Origin: Dicyema japonicum
Taxonomy: Eukaryota; Animalia; Dicyemida
Direction: 5' to 3'
Length of the DNA: 64,000 bases
Assembly: GCA_011109175.1 (NCBI GenBank)
Contig: RDEW01000004.1
Coordinates: 163,976 to 227,975, forward strand
Below, piece after piece: positions 17,401-29,030 of the stretch (the first letter of the stretch is position 1; each line of letters starts with the position of its first letter). The notes under the pieces were generated by a model that did no database searches, had not been told where the DNA came from, and was given only the letters and a program-made list of their open reading frames with translations. Position numbers and translations under genes: made by a program.

Positions 17401-18274
17401 AAACTCAGAGACATCTCTCAATTATAATGAAATGCATTCGCTTAGTGAAGGGAAAATACCAAAATTCTCGGACAAAATAGAAAAATATCCTTTTTAATTA
17501 AACTCAATATATTTTTATTTTCCTTAACATTAACAAGCTTACTAAAGAAATACTCATCCGCGTATATCCCAGCGGCATTAGAGTTGATTCGTCCAACTAC
17601 AACCCCTTGAATTGTTGGTTTTTAGGATGTCAGATGGTCGCTCTCAACTACCAGACGGGGGATCTTCCAATGCAGCTTAATCAAAATCTTTTTGCAGATA
17701 ATGGAAGGTAAAGATGTTTCTAACTCTTAGGTGCGGATATTTGCTAAAACCAGACATCATAAATGGGTTCAATTTGGATAAAATAACAAATCAGCCAAAA
17801 ATGACTTTAAAATACAGGTGAGGCACAAATATAACGATTAGGTTCTCTTCTTGATGAAAATGTTACCTGTCTTCTTTAAGTATGACCAAATCCTTTTTGT
17901 GAAGGTGAGGACCATTGGCTGTCCGTACGACTGTCACACATCGGTGATATCATTTAAAGGTCTCTTGTGGGTATGACAATCAGTTAGCGGTAAATTGTTA
18001 ACTTGGGTAACTTTAAAACCGATTAGTTTCATCTTGCACGTGCCAGAGCTGTCTTTCCTTCGCTTTGAAGTATACAAAAATCTTAACGACAAAAAATTCA
18101 TGGGGCAATCAACATATTCAATCAGCACAATCAGGACAGGTATGTGTTTCTTGGCGTATTTAAGGAATCCGTTGTGTCCCACTACATAATCAACACTGTG
18201 AGAGATTCAGCTTGGACAGACTCGTCGTGCACGTGGATATTAAACATATTGAGAATAAATACGTGGACATATAA
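14487..18274 (+). CDS. PLCG: Phospholipase C gamma (PH, X box, SH2, SH2, SH3, split PH, Y box, C2)
   Basis: IKEIR PH motif; [32 protein letters not shown] box; two SH2 and one SH3 domains; [35 protein letters not shown] box; C2 domain. 3' end taken at first in-frame stop and may extend further. Confidence 0.93.
17485..17542 (+). other. U12-type (minor spliceosome) AT-AC intron in PLC-gamma
   Basis: 5' ATATCCTTT, branch TTTTCCTTAAC, 3' CTTAC. Removal joins GAA AA|T AAA GAA ATA CTC ATC CGC GTA TAT CCC in frame ([10 protein letters not shown]) and removes in-frame stops. No GT occurs in the segment. Confidence 0.88.
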
Positions 18275-18551
18275 ATCGAATAAACTGTTCATATTACATT
18301 TATTACCAGCATATCCTACATGTCCAGATTATTACATGATTCTCCAAGTTCTTTCATTTTTTGGTTAGACGAGATTTGAACCAGTCGTTACTGCAACCAA
18401 ACTTTCTTTGTTAGAATTTCCTCTTTCAAGTGTCTCCCGAGTCCGTCACCTCGTCTAAGAGAACAAGGAAGACAAGGATCCATCATGAGGCTAAGTAGAC
18501 TACGATAGAGGTCCTTCGGACAACTAATTGACTAAATATTTTGAGAAAAAA

Positions 18552-19879
18552 TTATTTAGTCGTTAAACTATAATCATCCTTGTTTTCCAAGAAGATTCCT
18601 TGAACCTGCGCCGGGGACACAGATGACTGGGTACTCAATAGATTCTCTGCAAATTCAGCGGCAGCATCGATAGGAGAGTCAGGATAAAATCTTGAAAATA
18701 ATGACACAATCTGTTGAGAATCGCAATATCCAATCTCCACCGTCAAATCAACTCTTCCCGGCCTAATCAAAGCTGGATCAAGTCTTAAGTCTGAAAAAAT
18801 AAAATACCTATCTAGATGATTAGTGGTCATGAAAATTATCCTCCCTTCTGAGGCCATCACACCATCCAGGGCGTTAAGAAGTCCACTGAAAGTTAGAGAA
18901 TGGGAATTAGTGCGGGCTATAATATTACATAAAATAACTTATAATAGAATCAATGTCCTCGATAAGGATGATACTGTTTAGAGGGGCAGACGATAGCAAA
19001 TGAATAAGTCTGTCATCAGAAATAATCCCCGATGCAGCACTGAGAAGACATAAATTGTAGCCGAGTTCACCTGTGTTTAATATGTTATTTACCAGCCAAT
19101 GCATATATAAAACTGCTTTTACACATCCTGGAGGTCCGTGCAATAAGTAACCTCTTCTGTATGGAACTCCACGAGTCCTATACCATTCTCTGCTCGATAT
19201 AAAGCCTCGAACGTCTGTGACTATTTTCTCTTTCAATCTTCCTCGAAGAATAACTGTTTCGAGCGACCTGGGGACACGAGGGTAGCCAAATTGTTGCCAA
19301 CTGGTCATTGGTGTGTAAATAACAGTCATTCCTGCCTACTGAAGAAAAAGAAAAGCATATACTCGAATTTTTAACTCCTCGTCACACGCTTGAGTGAGTA
19401 TGTCTTTAAATAGCTTGTCGGATCCCCCAAGTTTTGTTAAAGTAACTGTTTCAAATGGATTCCCTGATTGTCTATTTTCCCGGTTTCTTTCGACCTTAAT
19501 GGGGTGTCCTTTGTACCTTGATTTGCTTTAACATCAATAAACCAAAAGTAGTGAACCCCGTTGAGGGAAGAAATTCAAAACTAGTCCCCAATTTTTGAGC
19601 GTCGTGAGAAAAGTGAGTGCTAAGACTGACATGAGGGAAATTGTGTCGTTTGACAATATAATTCTGCACCCAAATATAGCTCGGATCAAGATTTGTAATC
19701 TGTGAGTAAGCATGTCATTGAACCTCTAATGTAGTCATGCAGTATCGTCTAAATGCCACGAGGGAATACTGCATGAGCTTTCGAGAAACAGCCAAAGCAG
19801 TTCCCACGCCAATTAAACCGAAACCAGCACCGAAATATTGATTGTCCTTCAACGAGTCTATTAATTGTACTACTCCCAT
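18552..19879 (-). CDS. BCS1: Mitochondrial chaperone BCS1 (AAA ATPase, complex III assembly)
   Basis: [22 protein letters not shown]-terminus, [41 protein letters not shown]. One base is missing in the Walker A codons (~19122). Confidence 0.95.
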
Positions 19880-20085
19880 TTAAAAGATAATGACGTTTTT
19901 TAAATAATCTTAAATAAATTATTATTAATTATTAGTTCTCGATTTTTAGTTCATAAATATTTTTTACATTCTAATCACTAAACAAATAATTTGAGTTTTA
20001 AGTTTACACATACTTATGTTGACCGCGTGGCGCCATGTAGTGATATGTGTCTAGTTTGTCAAAAAATATTTTCCTTTCCTCCGAT

Positions 20086-20149
20086 GGCGTCATTGGATCC
20101 ACCTTACTGACGAGACGCCCAGTGCCTGGCCGGCATCAGAAGGATCCAA
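20086..20149 (+). ncRNA. Candidate HDV-topology pseudoknot RNA (putative ribozyme or relic)
   Basis: P1 GGCGTC/GACGCC crosses P2 TTGGATCC/GGATCCAA; P4 GTGCC/GGCAT. Compensatory changes relative to the copy at 48747-48809. P3/L3 is non-canonical. Confidence 0.5.
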
Positions 20150-20420
20150 CAATTCTTTCCCCGGGGACAATTTCGTTACCTGGAGAAAAGTTCTGGAACC
20201 CTGGAACGAGTCAGGATCAAGGAGTTAGTTAGTTCGGTTACCCTTGGTCTTTGAAATAATTTTAATTTAAGTGGGTCAACTGCTTGTGGAGAAAACTGCC
20301 TACATTTGTAGCGAACAGACCCAACTTATTTCCTTATCAAGCAAATACCAAATAGTTTGCTTGGTAGTGGCTACAGGACGTGCGCCAAGCTACCGTTTCA
20401 AAATTTCTTTAATCAGGTGT

Positions 20421-20447
20421 GGTGATGTTGAACCTAATCCTGGACCC
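20421..20447 (+). other. 2A-like ribosomal skipping (StopGo) motif GDVEPNPG/P
   Basis: GGT GAT GTT GAA CCT AAT CCT GGA CCC, in frame and immediately upstream of the APE start; matches D(V/I)ExNPGP. Confidence 0.85.
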
Positions 20448-20534
20448 ATGTCATTTCAGCGAAAGTTGAAGATATTTCAGTTGAACATCAACGGTCTTTT
20501 TAAAAATGTATTGATTTCTTGCGTGGACATTGCC

Positions 20535-23442
20535 TTTTTTTTAAGCACTCCCGGGAAATCAAAAATTAATTAGATTAATTAAGTTCCCCTTGTGCCACGT
20601 CCAGTATCCTCCCACACATCCTCTTCCATGTTTTCCTGTTCCGGGCCATTGCTCGTAGTGAGTCAAGATCTTCACCATTTCGTAGAGTTTTGTTTATTCT
20701 GATAAGGTCATCATTTAGTACTGAAGGCAACGTCACTCTAGGCCTGCCACGGAATGATCCCTTCAGTTGTGTGAAATAGTTCTCCATTGCAATGTTTGGT
20801 GGAGTCAACATATCCATTCGTAAGATGTGACCAAAAAGTCTCCACCTAGCCTTGAGAATCTCCTCTGATAATGGCCTTAAGCCAAATCTTTTGTACAGTT
20901 CTGAATTTGATATCTTTTTCGGGAAATGTATTCTCAAGATGTTTCTTAGTTGATTTCTATGAAACTGATCCAGATTGTCCATTTCCCGTTTCGTAATCCC
21001 CCATGTCACACAGTTGTAACTCAGGACTGGAAACATGAATGTTTTATACAATTTTAGCTTTGTATTCGTACTTATGCTCTTCTTAGAACGCCAGATAGTT
21101 AAGAATTTTTTATATGCAGTAGTGGAAAGGATTTTTCTGTGGGTAACATCTTCTGAGTCTCCAAGTAGTGAACCAACTTTTTTATGCCTTCTCCATGATT
21201 CATCGTAAGTGCGTATAACTCGTACAAGTTTTGTATATTCAGTTTTGTCTTGGTGACAACTAAGAACCATTTAGAAAAGACATTTGGTAAGTTCTTGAGA
21301 ACGTGATGAAGAATTTCAACATCTTCAGAAACAAAGTCAGGATCGTCTGCATATATTAACTCGATTATTTTGTTGTTCTCAATTAAAGGCCTGAACTCTC
21401 TCAGTGCAGCCTCCAGGTGGATTATGAATAGAACTGGTGACAAAGAGTCTCCTTGCGGAATTCCACGTGAAGTATAAAAGAATTCTGAAGTAGTTTTTGT
21501 AATTTTGACATCATCCGTTGTTAGGAAGCTTGTGAGTACTTCAAGAAGTTTGCCTCTATGAACCGAGTCAAACGCTCTGGACATGTCTATTCCGAGAACA
21601 TCTATGCACTTTTTATATTTTTGGCATAGAGCACTTGACCATCTGTGTGTCCAAATGACATCGGCAGTGGATCTGCCTGACCGGAAACCACTTTGTCCTG
21701 GTGACAGAAAATACTCCACCTTGTCTTTGATTCTTTCCAATGTACTGATTGACAAGATTTTCCGCAGCGTAGTTAGTAGGATGATTGGTCTTAGGTTGGA
21801 AAGGAATTAACCAACCCTTGCCAATGTCTAACGTAGTGTTTTCTTCAAATATTTTGTTGAGTATATTGGTAATGATTGTTACCAACTTCACTGGGGCATA
21901 CTTTATAAGTTGGGCTGGGATATTCTCTGGTCCTGCCGATCTGTCATTTTTCAATTTTTTAATTGCATCCAGTGTTTCTTGTGTATTTATTGGGATGTCC
22001 AAACCATGGTTGACTTGTGCACCAAATTTATAGCCTATTTCGTTGTCCCAGTTGAGCATATGATAGTAATAAGCAGATATAGTAGCTGCTTTGTCCTTTT
22101 CATCGATAATTATTCTGCCGAGGATGACATTGATTATTATGACATTGCACTCTTTTTCTTATTAATTGAATAGCTTTGAACATTTTCACTCCATCTTTAT
22201 ATTTTTCAATTTTTTCAATTTGGTTTTCTATTTCTTTAGCCGTTAGGGATTTCTGAGTTTGCTTGATTTTTAATAATGTCCGGTTTCGTTGTTGCCGAAG
22301 TTCCTTGGCCTTTTCTGGAGACCTTGAGTTTTTTATCTTTAATCTCAAGGCTTTCTGGTTTTCTGATAGGACGCAAATATCATGATTGTAAAATTTACGG
22401 GGTTTTGTAATACTTCCCAACACATCACATGCTGTACCTTTTATCGACTTTGTCCCAAATAATATGAACAGGTTTAGTTTCGTCGATATCATTAAGTTCA
22501 AGATTTAGTTGATACGCATATTTCTGTTGAGTTGACTTGTAATAATTGGATATCATATTGCTCCTGCTTTTTATTGGAAGGTGTTTTCATTTGGTTATGG
22601 ACTTTGTATAGTCCAATGCGAGTAACCACAATTTTATGATCACTATTTGTCTCTAATCCTCCATATGACCTGGAGTCTACGAGGAGATGTTTGTGACCTC
22701 GTCTGCATAGTATGTAGTCAATTTGATTATATATTTTTATGTAATTTCCTTGCAAATCCTTCCTAGTTCCAGTCCACGTCGTCTTGTGTCTCGCTGGGTG
22801 ACGGAATGCCGTATTGCACAAAAACAGATCCAAGGAAGTGCAAAAGTGGATTAATGCCATTCCGGGCGTGTTTCGCCGATTTCTTCCATAAGATCCGATA
22901 CAAGTTTCTCCAGATCTGGCTTTTCCTGCTTTGGCATTCCAGTCCCCGGCAATTAAGCAAAAATATGAAGAACTGAGGGTCTTGTAAACTCTTATGAGGG
23001 CGGAGTAGAATTCGTCTAGTTCTTCTGGATTGGCAAATGCCCTGATTCCAGGGGCGTATATGTTGATGATTGTCACTGTAGAGTTTGGTTTGCTTCCCCA
23101 CCGGATTTGCAGTACCGCAATCCTGTCTGTAACGACCCACATCCGAGATATACGACTATACAATGTGTGATGAATAGCAAATCCAAGTCCATAGTGACGT
23201 TGTTGGAAGGGTAATCAAATGATAATTTCCCACCCGCATGCATGTGTTGTCAGTTATTTTTGTTTCCTGTAAGCAGCATACTAATACCTTATAGTGATCC
23301 AAATCACGTGACAGCTGAAGCTTCTTGTATGTTGGATTGAGTCGTCTTACATTCAGGGTACCCACAGAAAAAGGGCAGTTAGATATTAGACGTGAGAAAG
23401 ACATATGTGCTATAGAGGGACGTCACCACCTCAACCAAAAGA
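20535..23442 (-). mobile_element. Full-length RTE-like LINE (APE + RT), frameshifted
   Basis: GTLNVRRL, LQETK, GDWNAK, QIDYIL, SDHKIV; QSGFRSGRST, DMSRAFDSV, GIPQGDSLSP, YADD, RWRLFGHILRM, RGRPR. 3' poly(A); 8-bp TSD ACATTGCC at 20527-20534 and 23443-23450. Confidence 0.95.
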
Positions 23443-24559
23443 ACATTGCCTACATCCAAGAAACTAAACTTACACCGAAATTCAAGACTCCTCACTTCAA
23501 GAACTATCCTGTATTACGTTCTGACCGCGCCTTCAGTTCAGTTGGAATGGTTTACTTATTTTTGTACACACTTCTATTCCTTTTGTCGATTCTTAAACTT
23601 TTGTTAAATTTCTCATATCTGAAGATCCTCATATTGAAATTTCATCTATCAGGGTCAATATCAACAAGTCCTGTTCCACTATTGTGTATATCCCACCGAT
23701 TCCTTCGTGTCTTCCTAGTTATACGCCGAACTTACACTTTTTTCTATTGAAAACCATCTTATGTTGTGATTTTAATGCTCAGCGTCCTGCGTGGCTATCC
23801 TCCAACAAACCTGATAAACGTGGAGTGCTAATTATGTATGATATGGAGGATTTAGTTATTCTGAATAATCCCGTTCTCATACTCTTTGTGGTATACGTTC
23901 AGATCATTCTAATACTTCTCCGGGTATCTCCCTCTGCTCTCAAAGTATCGCTCTCGAAGCTCAATGGGATGTCCTTTATGATCTCCCAACTGACCACAAC
24001 ACGATTTTAATTACCTTCAACCATCAAAGAGGAGGATCACGAATACACATAAACTATAATCGTGGAAAGTGAGATTTCTATAGAAACTAGACTGAACATG
24101 TACTCAAAAACTATTCTTTGCTCTTTCCCGCTCTTTTGATGCTCACAAATTATCTAATTGCTGCGGACAAAGAAAATGGTTTATCGCTTCTGAAATTATT
24201 AATATTTTCAAAGAACGCGGGAGGATCAAATCGATGAACTCTGGTGAGGGTAGAATCGAATATCTTTATGAAATCAATAAACGTATTGACGACCAAATCC
24301 TAAAATACAGGGCCAATGAATGAAATGACTTTATTTCTAAATCCTTATACTGGATCCCGTGTCTTTTAGAGATCTTTCAAGAAGATACATTCCACACAGA
24401 CACCCCAGTCAAGTGATTTCTTAAGAAAAAAGTATGTTCTGTGACCAGGCCAACTTATTAATGGGTCATTATGCAAGATAAGCCACATTCCTACCCCAAA
24501 AGGACTCCAAAAGTTCGACTTGCTGAAGACGAAGTATCCTTGTTCCATCAGTAGTTACA

Positions 24560-25560
24560 TCTCTGGGAGCAGTTTTTGTCAAATTGGACATCTCAAACTA
24601 GTACGACAGCGTTAGACATGACCGTCTAATGAAGGCATGCCACAGTCTGCTTCAGAGATATGTAATCTCGTATTCATAGCGAAAGACGGGATACCGCTTT
24701 TAAGTTCGAAGAAGAGGTCGTCCCGTCAAGGACAGGCCATCAACTAAGAGACCCGTTTTTAAGACGAGGCAATGTCCGAATCGACGTTACCGAGAATAAA
24801 CTGTATCTTAAATTGTAGTATAAGGTTTCCTGCAAGTCTTCCATCATGGAGCTGAAGAAAGGTCTCAATCAGCAACGCCTCGCTGGCGTGTATTGAGGAA
24901 AGTCGACGTTGACTTACCAACTCCCAAACTCGGATCAAGTTATGGTTTAAATGACGATAAATGCGATTTTTTGATACAGTTACTGTTGCTGAGATATTTA
25001 AATCCACACCCAACTGTCTAATGTACCCCCTTTATAAAATTTGGTAATACAAATACACAACTTTTATAAATTAAAGGTATTCACTGTTCATATATAGTAC
25101 AAAGTGCAGGACGATTCCAAAGGGATAAGGCGATTAACGGAATTGTTAAACGAGCCCTGAAGTCTGCTGGATACCCCTCCACACTTGAACTCGTTGGCTT
25201 GGGCAAGGAGACGAAAAACGGCTGACGGAATCACAATTTTCCCATTCAAGGAGGGGAAACCTTTGGTATGGGATGCTACTTGTGTCGACCCCCTTTGCCA
25301 TCCAACATTGTCGGGAGCGCGGTAGACACACTATATGTCGCGAAAAAAAACGATGATGGTAAAGGAGTAGAAATATGAAGCGTTACGAGACCAATTTACA
25401 TTCAATTCCATTGTTGTTGAGACAACTGGAGGAATAAATGGGATATCGCTTCGTTTCCTAAAGAAACTTGGACGACTAGCTACACTAAGAATCCACGACG
25501 CACGTGAGACCTTGTGGTTTCTCTAGCTGATCTCTGTTGCAATTGAAGAGGCAACGAAAC
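24560..25560 (+). mobile_element. Degenerate HERO/NeSL-type (R2-group) non-LTR element: RT remnant plus restriction-like endonuclease
   Basis: VFVKLDISN*YDSVRHD; KRALKSAGYPSTLE; (R)xDGITIFPFKEGKPLVWDATCVD; KYEAL..F..IVVETTG..FLKKLG..ISVAI. Confidence 0.75.
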
Positions 25561-25688
25561 GTCGATAATGTCAGCGGGGACCACGTTGGATGGATTCTTG
25601 TGTTAATTACATAATTATGTATTATAGTAATCAATGTTTATCAAAGAAGTAAAACGTGGACTAATCAATATTTTAAATAATATAAATA

Positions 25689-26474
25689 CAGTAAATTAAT
25701 CCGAACTGCAATAATCCGAATTTTTTGATTAGTTAGCAAAATTTTATAGTTTCCTTACAAAAGGCTTCAATAAACCGAAACTTCATAATCCGAAAGACAT
25801 TTATTAAAATAATTTATTTTATTTTTATCATACATTCAAATGAATTTACATTTAAATTTAAAATCTAACAGTACCATATGGTTAGAAAGAGGAGAGAATT
25901 TTCTATTGCATGGAAAAGTAATATTTGTGAAATAAAAAATACATCAAAAATGACTCTCAGAGAATTATCCCATATTTGTGAAATAAAAATGAACATTTAT
26001 TTGGTAATTTCTACACCTTCAGAAATTCTTAAAAAAATGGAAAATTGTGAAACTACGATTAACAAATAAAGACAGCCAAGTGGTAAACATCATCATCTTG
26101 ATAATTCACTTGTTGAATGGATGAAATTAATGGTTTTATTTCGTAAGATATCATCATTTCACAAACTAGACTATTTGGTGAAAAGCTCGGAATCAAGGCT
26201 ATACAGATTTAAAGAAAAACTTAATCTTAAACTAAAAGTTCTTCATGGAGAAACAAAACTTACACAAGATGAGATTAATTTGATTAGACAAAATATGATT
26301 TGTTAAAAATAGTTGACCCCGACGTATTGCTAAACGAAATTATTGATGCTAAAATGGAGAGATTATAATATATATGGAAACATAAATATTAACTACAATG
26401 AAATTAATATATTTATTCCCTTCACAATCCGAAAGGCTTCCAATTTTTTTAGTTCGATTAATGAAGGGTTACTG
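25689..26474 (+). mobile_element. pogo/Tigger-type DNA transposon remnant (internally deleted)
   Basis: TA|CAGTAAA..ATCCGAA left end and TTCGATTAATGAAGGGTTACTG|TA right end. HTH/CENP-B-like remnants (MVRKRREFSIAWK; LDNSLVEW; RLYRFKEKLNLKLKVLHGE). Confidence 0.7.
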
Positions 26475-28599
26475 TATATTGTGACGAAAATACCTATAAT
26501 TGTAGTCCACAATCCCAAGGTATGTTCCTTAATGAGTAATTATTTAGGTAGTGGTAATGGAAGAGAAACAAGCTGCCTCTCCTGACTTGGATCATAATGA
26601 ATAAAATCAAATTGTTATCAGAACTCATAAACACCGAACATTGTATTTTAGAGCATAAAATACTTTTATAATATTCAATATCAGTTGATTCCCTATAAAT
26701 CAACTCTTAATGTATATCAGGAATTATTATTAATTCCCATCGATAACTTTAATATTACAAATTAACTATTTATTAAATGTCGGTTAATATTTCACAAACC
26801 AAAGTCCTCGTTAAATCACATAGATTTGTAATATCAACCATTTATTGTTTGGGCTTTATATAGTAATACACAGTAATTACTGATGACGGCTCAATATTTA
26901 GCACTGTGACTTCAATATATTTAAAATAGAATACAAAAGATCTAACATTAAAATAATTTTTTTAAATAATAATAATAATTTTTTAACAATTAAACAAATG
27001 TCATTTGATATAAATTGTAAACAAACTGTGTATTTATAGTATTACTTACATAACATATTCACGTAATTACTACTAATGTTATGTAATCTCCATAATATTC
27101 GAGAAATTACAGAAAAGACTACTGACTCTGTGGAAAAGCGAATTTTTATATATTTGAATGTATATAAAATATTAATTCGATTATTATTAATTTACTTTTT
27201 TTTGTTTTTAATAAATTTGGATATTATTACTTAAATCTGAATCAGTGGATCATTAAGTCTGCCATTAGAGGACTGGAGTGTCATACGCTTTTGATTGGAC
27301 GTTTAATAGCTGCCGGCCTCCTACGTGTTAATGTTGAGGTAACTAAGGACTGACTTTATTCTATTAACTAAGTTTATTGATATTTATAAAAGTTTCAAAT
27401 CCTAAAGTAAGAAACCAAAATCGTTTGCTTACCTTATTTACAAGTTGATTGGTGGACTATCTGAACTTCATGAACAAACCCGCATGGTGCAATGTGGCTA
27501 CTTGATGAATATTTCTATTTCTTTTTTAAAGGCGTCATTGGATCCACACTGGTTTCAACCTCAGCTTCTCTGATAATGTCCTCTGTATCACTGTGCTCGG
27601 ATGATGGCTCTACTGGAACACATAAGGATCACTACTGGAAACTTAACCCAATCACTATTAGTCGAACTCACTGCCCACTGTACTTTCCTTGAAAACAATT
27701 TTTATTTGATTAAATCATTTTTTAATTTTTAATCCATTAAAGGTCAATTTTCAGGACAAGTCATCCATTGTGACCTGCAGGCATTTAGCACGTTACTGGA
27801 GGTACTCCTTTTGATCACTAGTTTTTTGTTTTGGAAGAGCCATCTTGTCACTCTAGGCTCTCCCTTCCTTTTAGTGGGGGTTTTTCAATCTAAACTGAAA
27901 CTGTGGTGGTAGTGGTCAAAACCTCTTCAACTCTCTTTCAGATTAATGGTCATGTCCTCATCATTCTGAGTCGTCAACTTCAACAAGATGCATAAACGGT
28001 TTCCTCTTCCTAAGTTTTAACTTGAATAAAATAAATTAAAATTTTATTGTGAATATATTAGTTATTATTTTATGCTAAAATGATGGACAAATCTTCTGAA
28101 AGAGTACATTTAATTGAATTTAGTCGTAATTAGAAAGTAAAAAATTTTGGCACCCTTTACGAAAAATATCCCATTAAAGTGCATAAGATAATGTCATTGA
28201 TTTCAATTATTTAGTTTTATGTTGTCCTAAAAAAGACGTTGGAGAACATGTTGGTGGAGTAAAAGTTTGGGATGCACACTATCAAGGAAGATTTGGTTAC
28301 AGACCAATCACCTGGTGGAATTGGCAGTTCAGTTTAATGACGTTCCAGTTAACCTGGGTTAGGTTAAAACAGATGGGATTCAGGTCAACGACTCCTCTTC
28401 TAAGAAGAGAAAAATTTATAAGCGAGTAGTAATTTTTGATTTAATTGTGTTTTCCGTAAAAATAAAACTCTTTAAAATTATTGAATCTTTAATAAAAGGT
28501 TGACAATCGCTCAATAACTCAAAGTATTTTTAATCATTCATTATATTAAATATATAATGAATAATTTATGGAAGTATGAAACCAAAATAGAATTTTTGG

Positions 28600-29030
28600 T
28601 TTGAATTATAACAAATATATGGCGGAAAACAAATCAAGAATATAAAAAATGCATCATATCGACAGTGAAACATGCAGTAGGCAGCATAATGTATAGAGCC
28701 TGAGTAAAAAATATCTCTGTAGTTATTTCTTGAAAATGTATCAAGATGTCCCAAAAATTATGTTGATAAGTTATGCACAAAGAAAAGACTTAAAAAATTA
28801 AGTTTTAGACGTTGTTCAATGATTATTTATAAACCCTCAAAAGAGGACAAAAAATAGATATTCATTGATATCCCTACACACGGAAATCTTTAGTAAAAGG
28901 CGAAAGATTTATACGTTATGTGTAGAAAACAGAACAAAATTCAGATACAGGACAAACTTCCAAGTTATGAAACGAGCTGAATTTATGTTGCATTATGAAT
29001 TGATCTATTATTACTGGATGCTTTAAGATA
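28600..29030 (+). mobile_element. Possible Penelope-like RT C-terminal fossil
   Basis: Broken translation VGSIMYRA..I and IDIPTHG resembles PLE post-RT motifs; many stops. Confidence 0.25.

Larger units (their letters stand above)
20022..24360 (+). mobile_element. Ingi/L1Tc-like (I-group) non-LTR retrotransposon 5' part: structured 5' RNA, 2A motif, APE domain, linker; interrupted by an RTE element
   Basis: Removing the 20535-23442 insert and one ACATTGCC copy restores QLNINGLFKNVLISCVDIAYIQETKL, followed by CDFNAQ, VILNNP, DLPTDHNTILI and a linker. Degenerate; 3' limit approximate. Confidence 0.8.

Noticed and set aside
20047-20232. 61-aa ORF upstream of the 2A ORF
   Set aside because: It overlaps the structured RNA, has no homology, and is likely open by chance in GC-richer sequence.
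27532-27548. 17-nt match (GGCGTCATTGGATCCAC) to the pseudoknot RNA
   Set aside because: The downstream P1b, P4 and P2b partners are missing; a chance match or tiny relic inside a probable unannotated gene.
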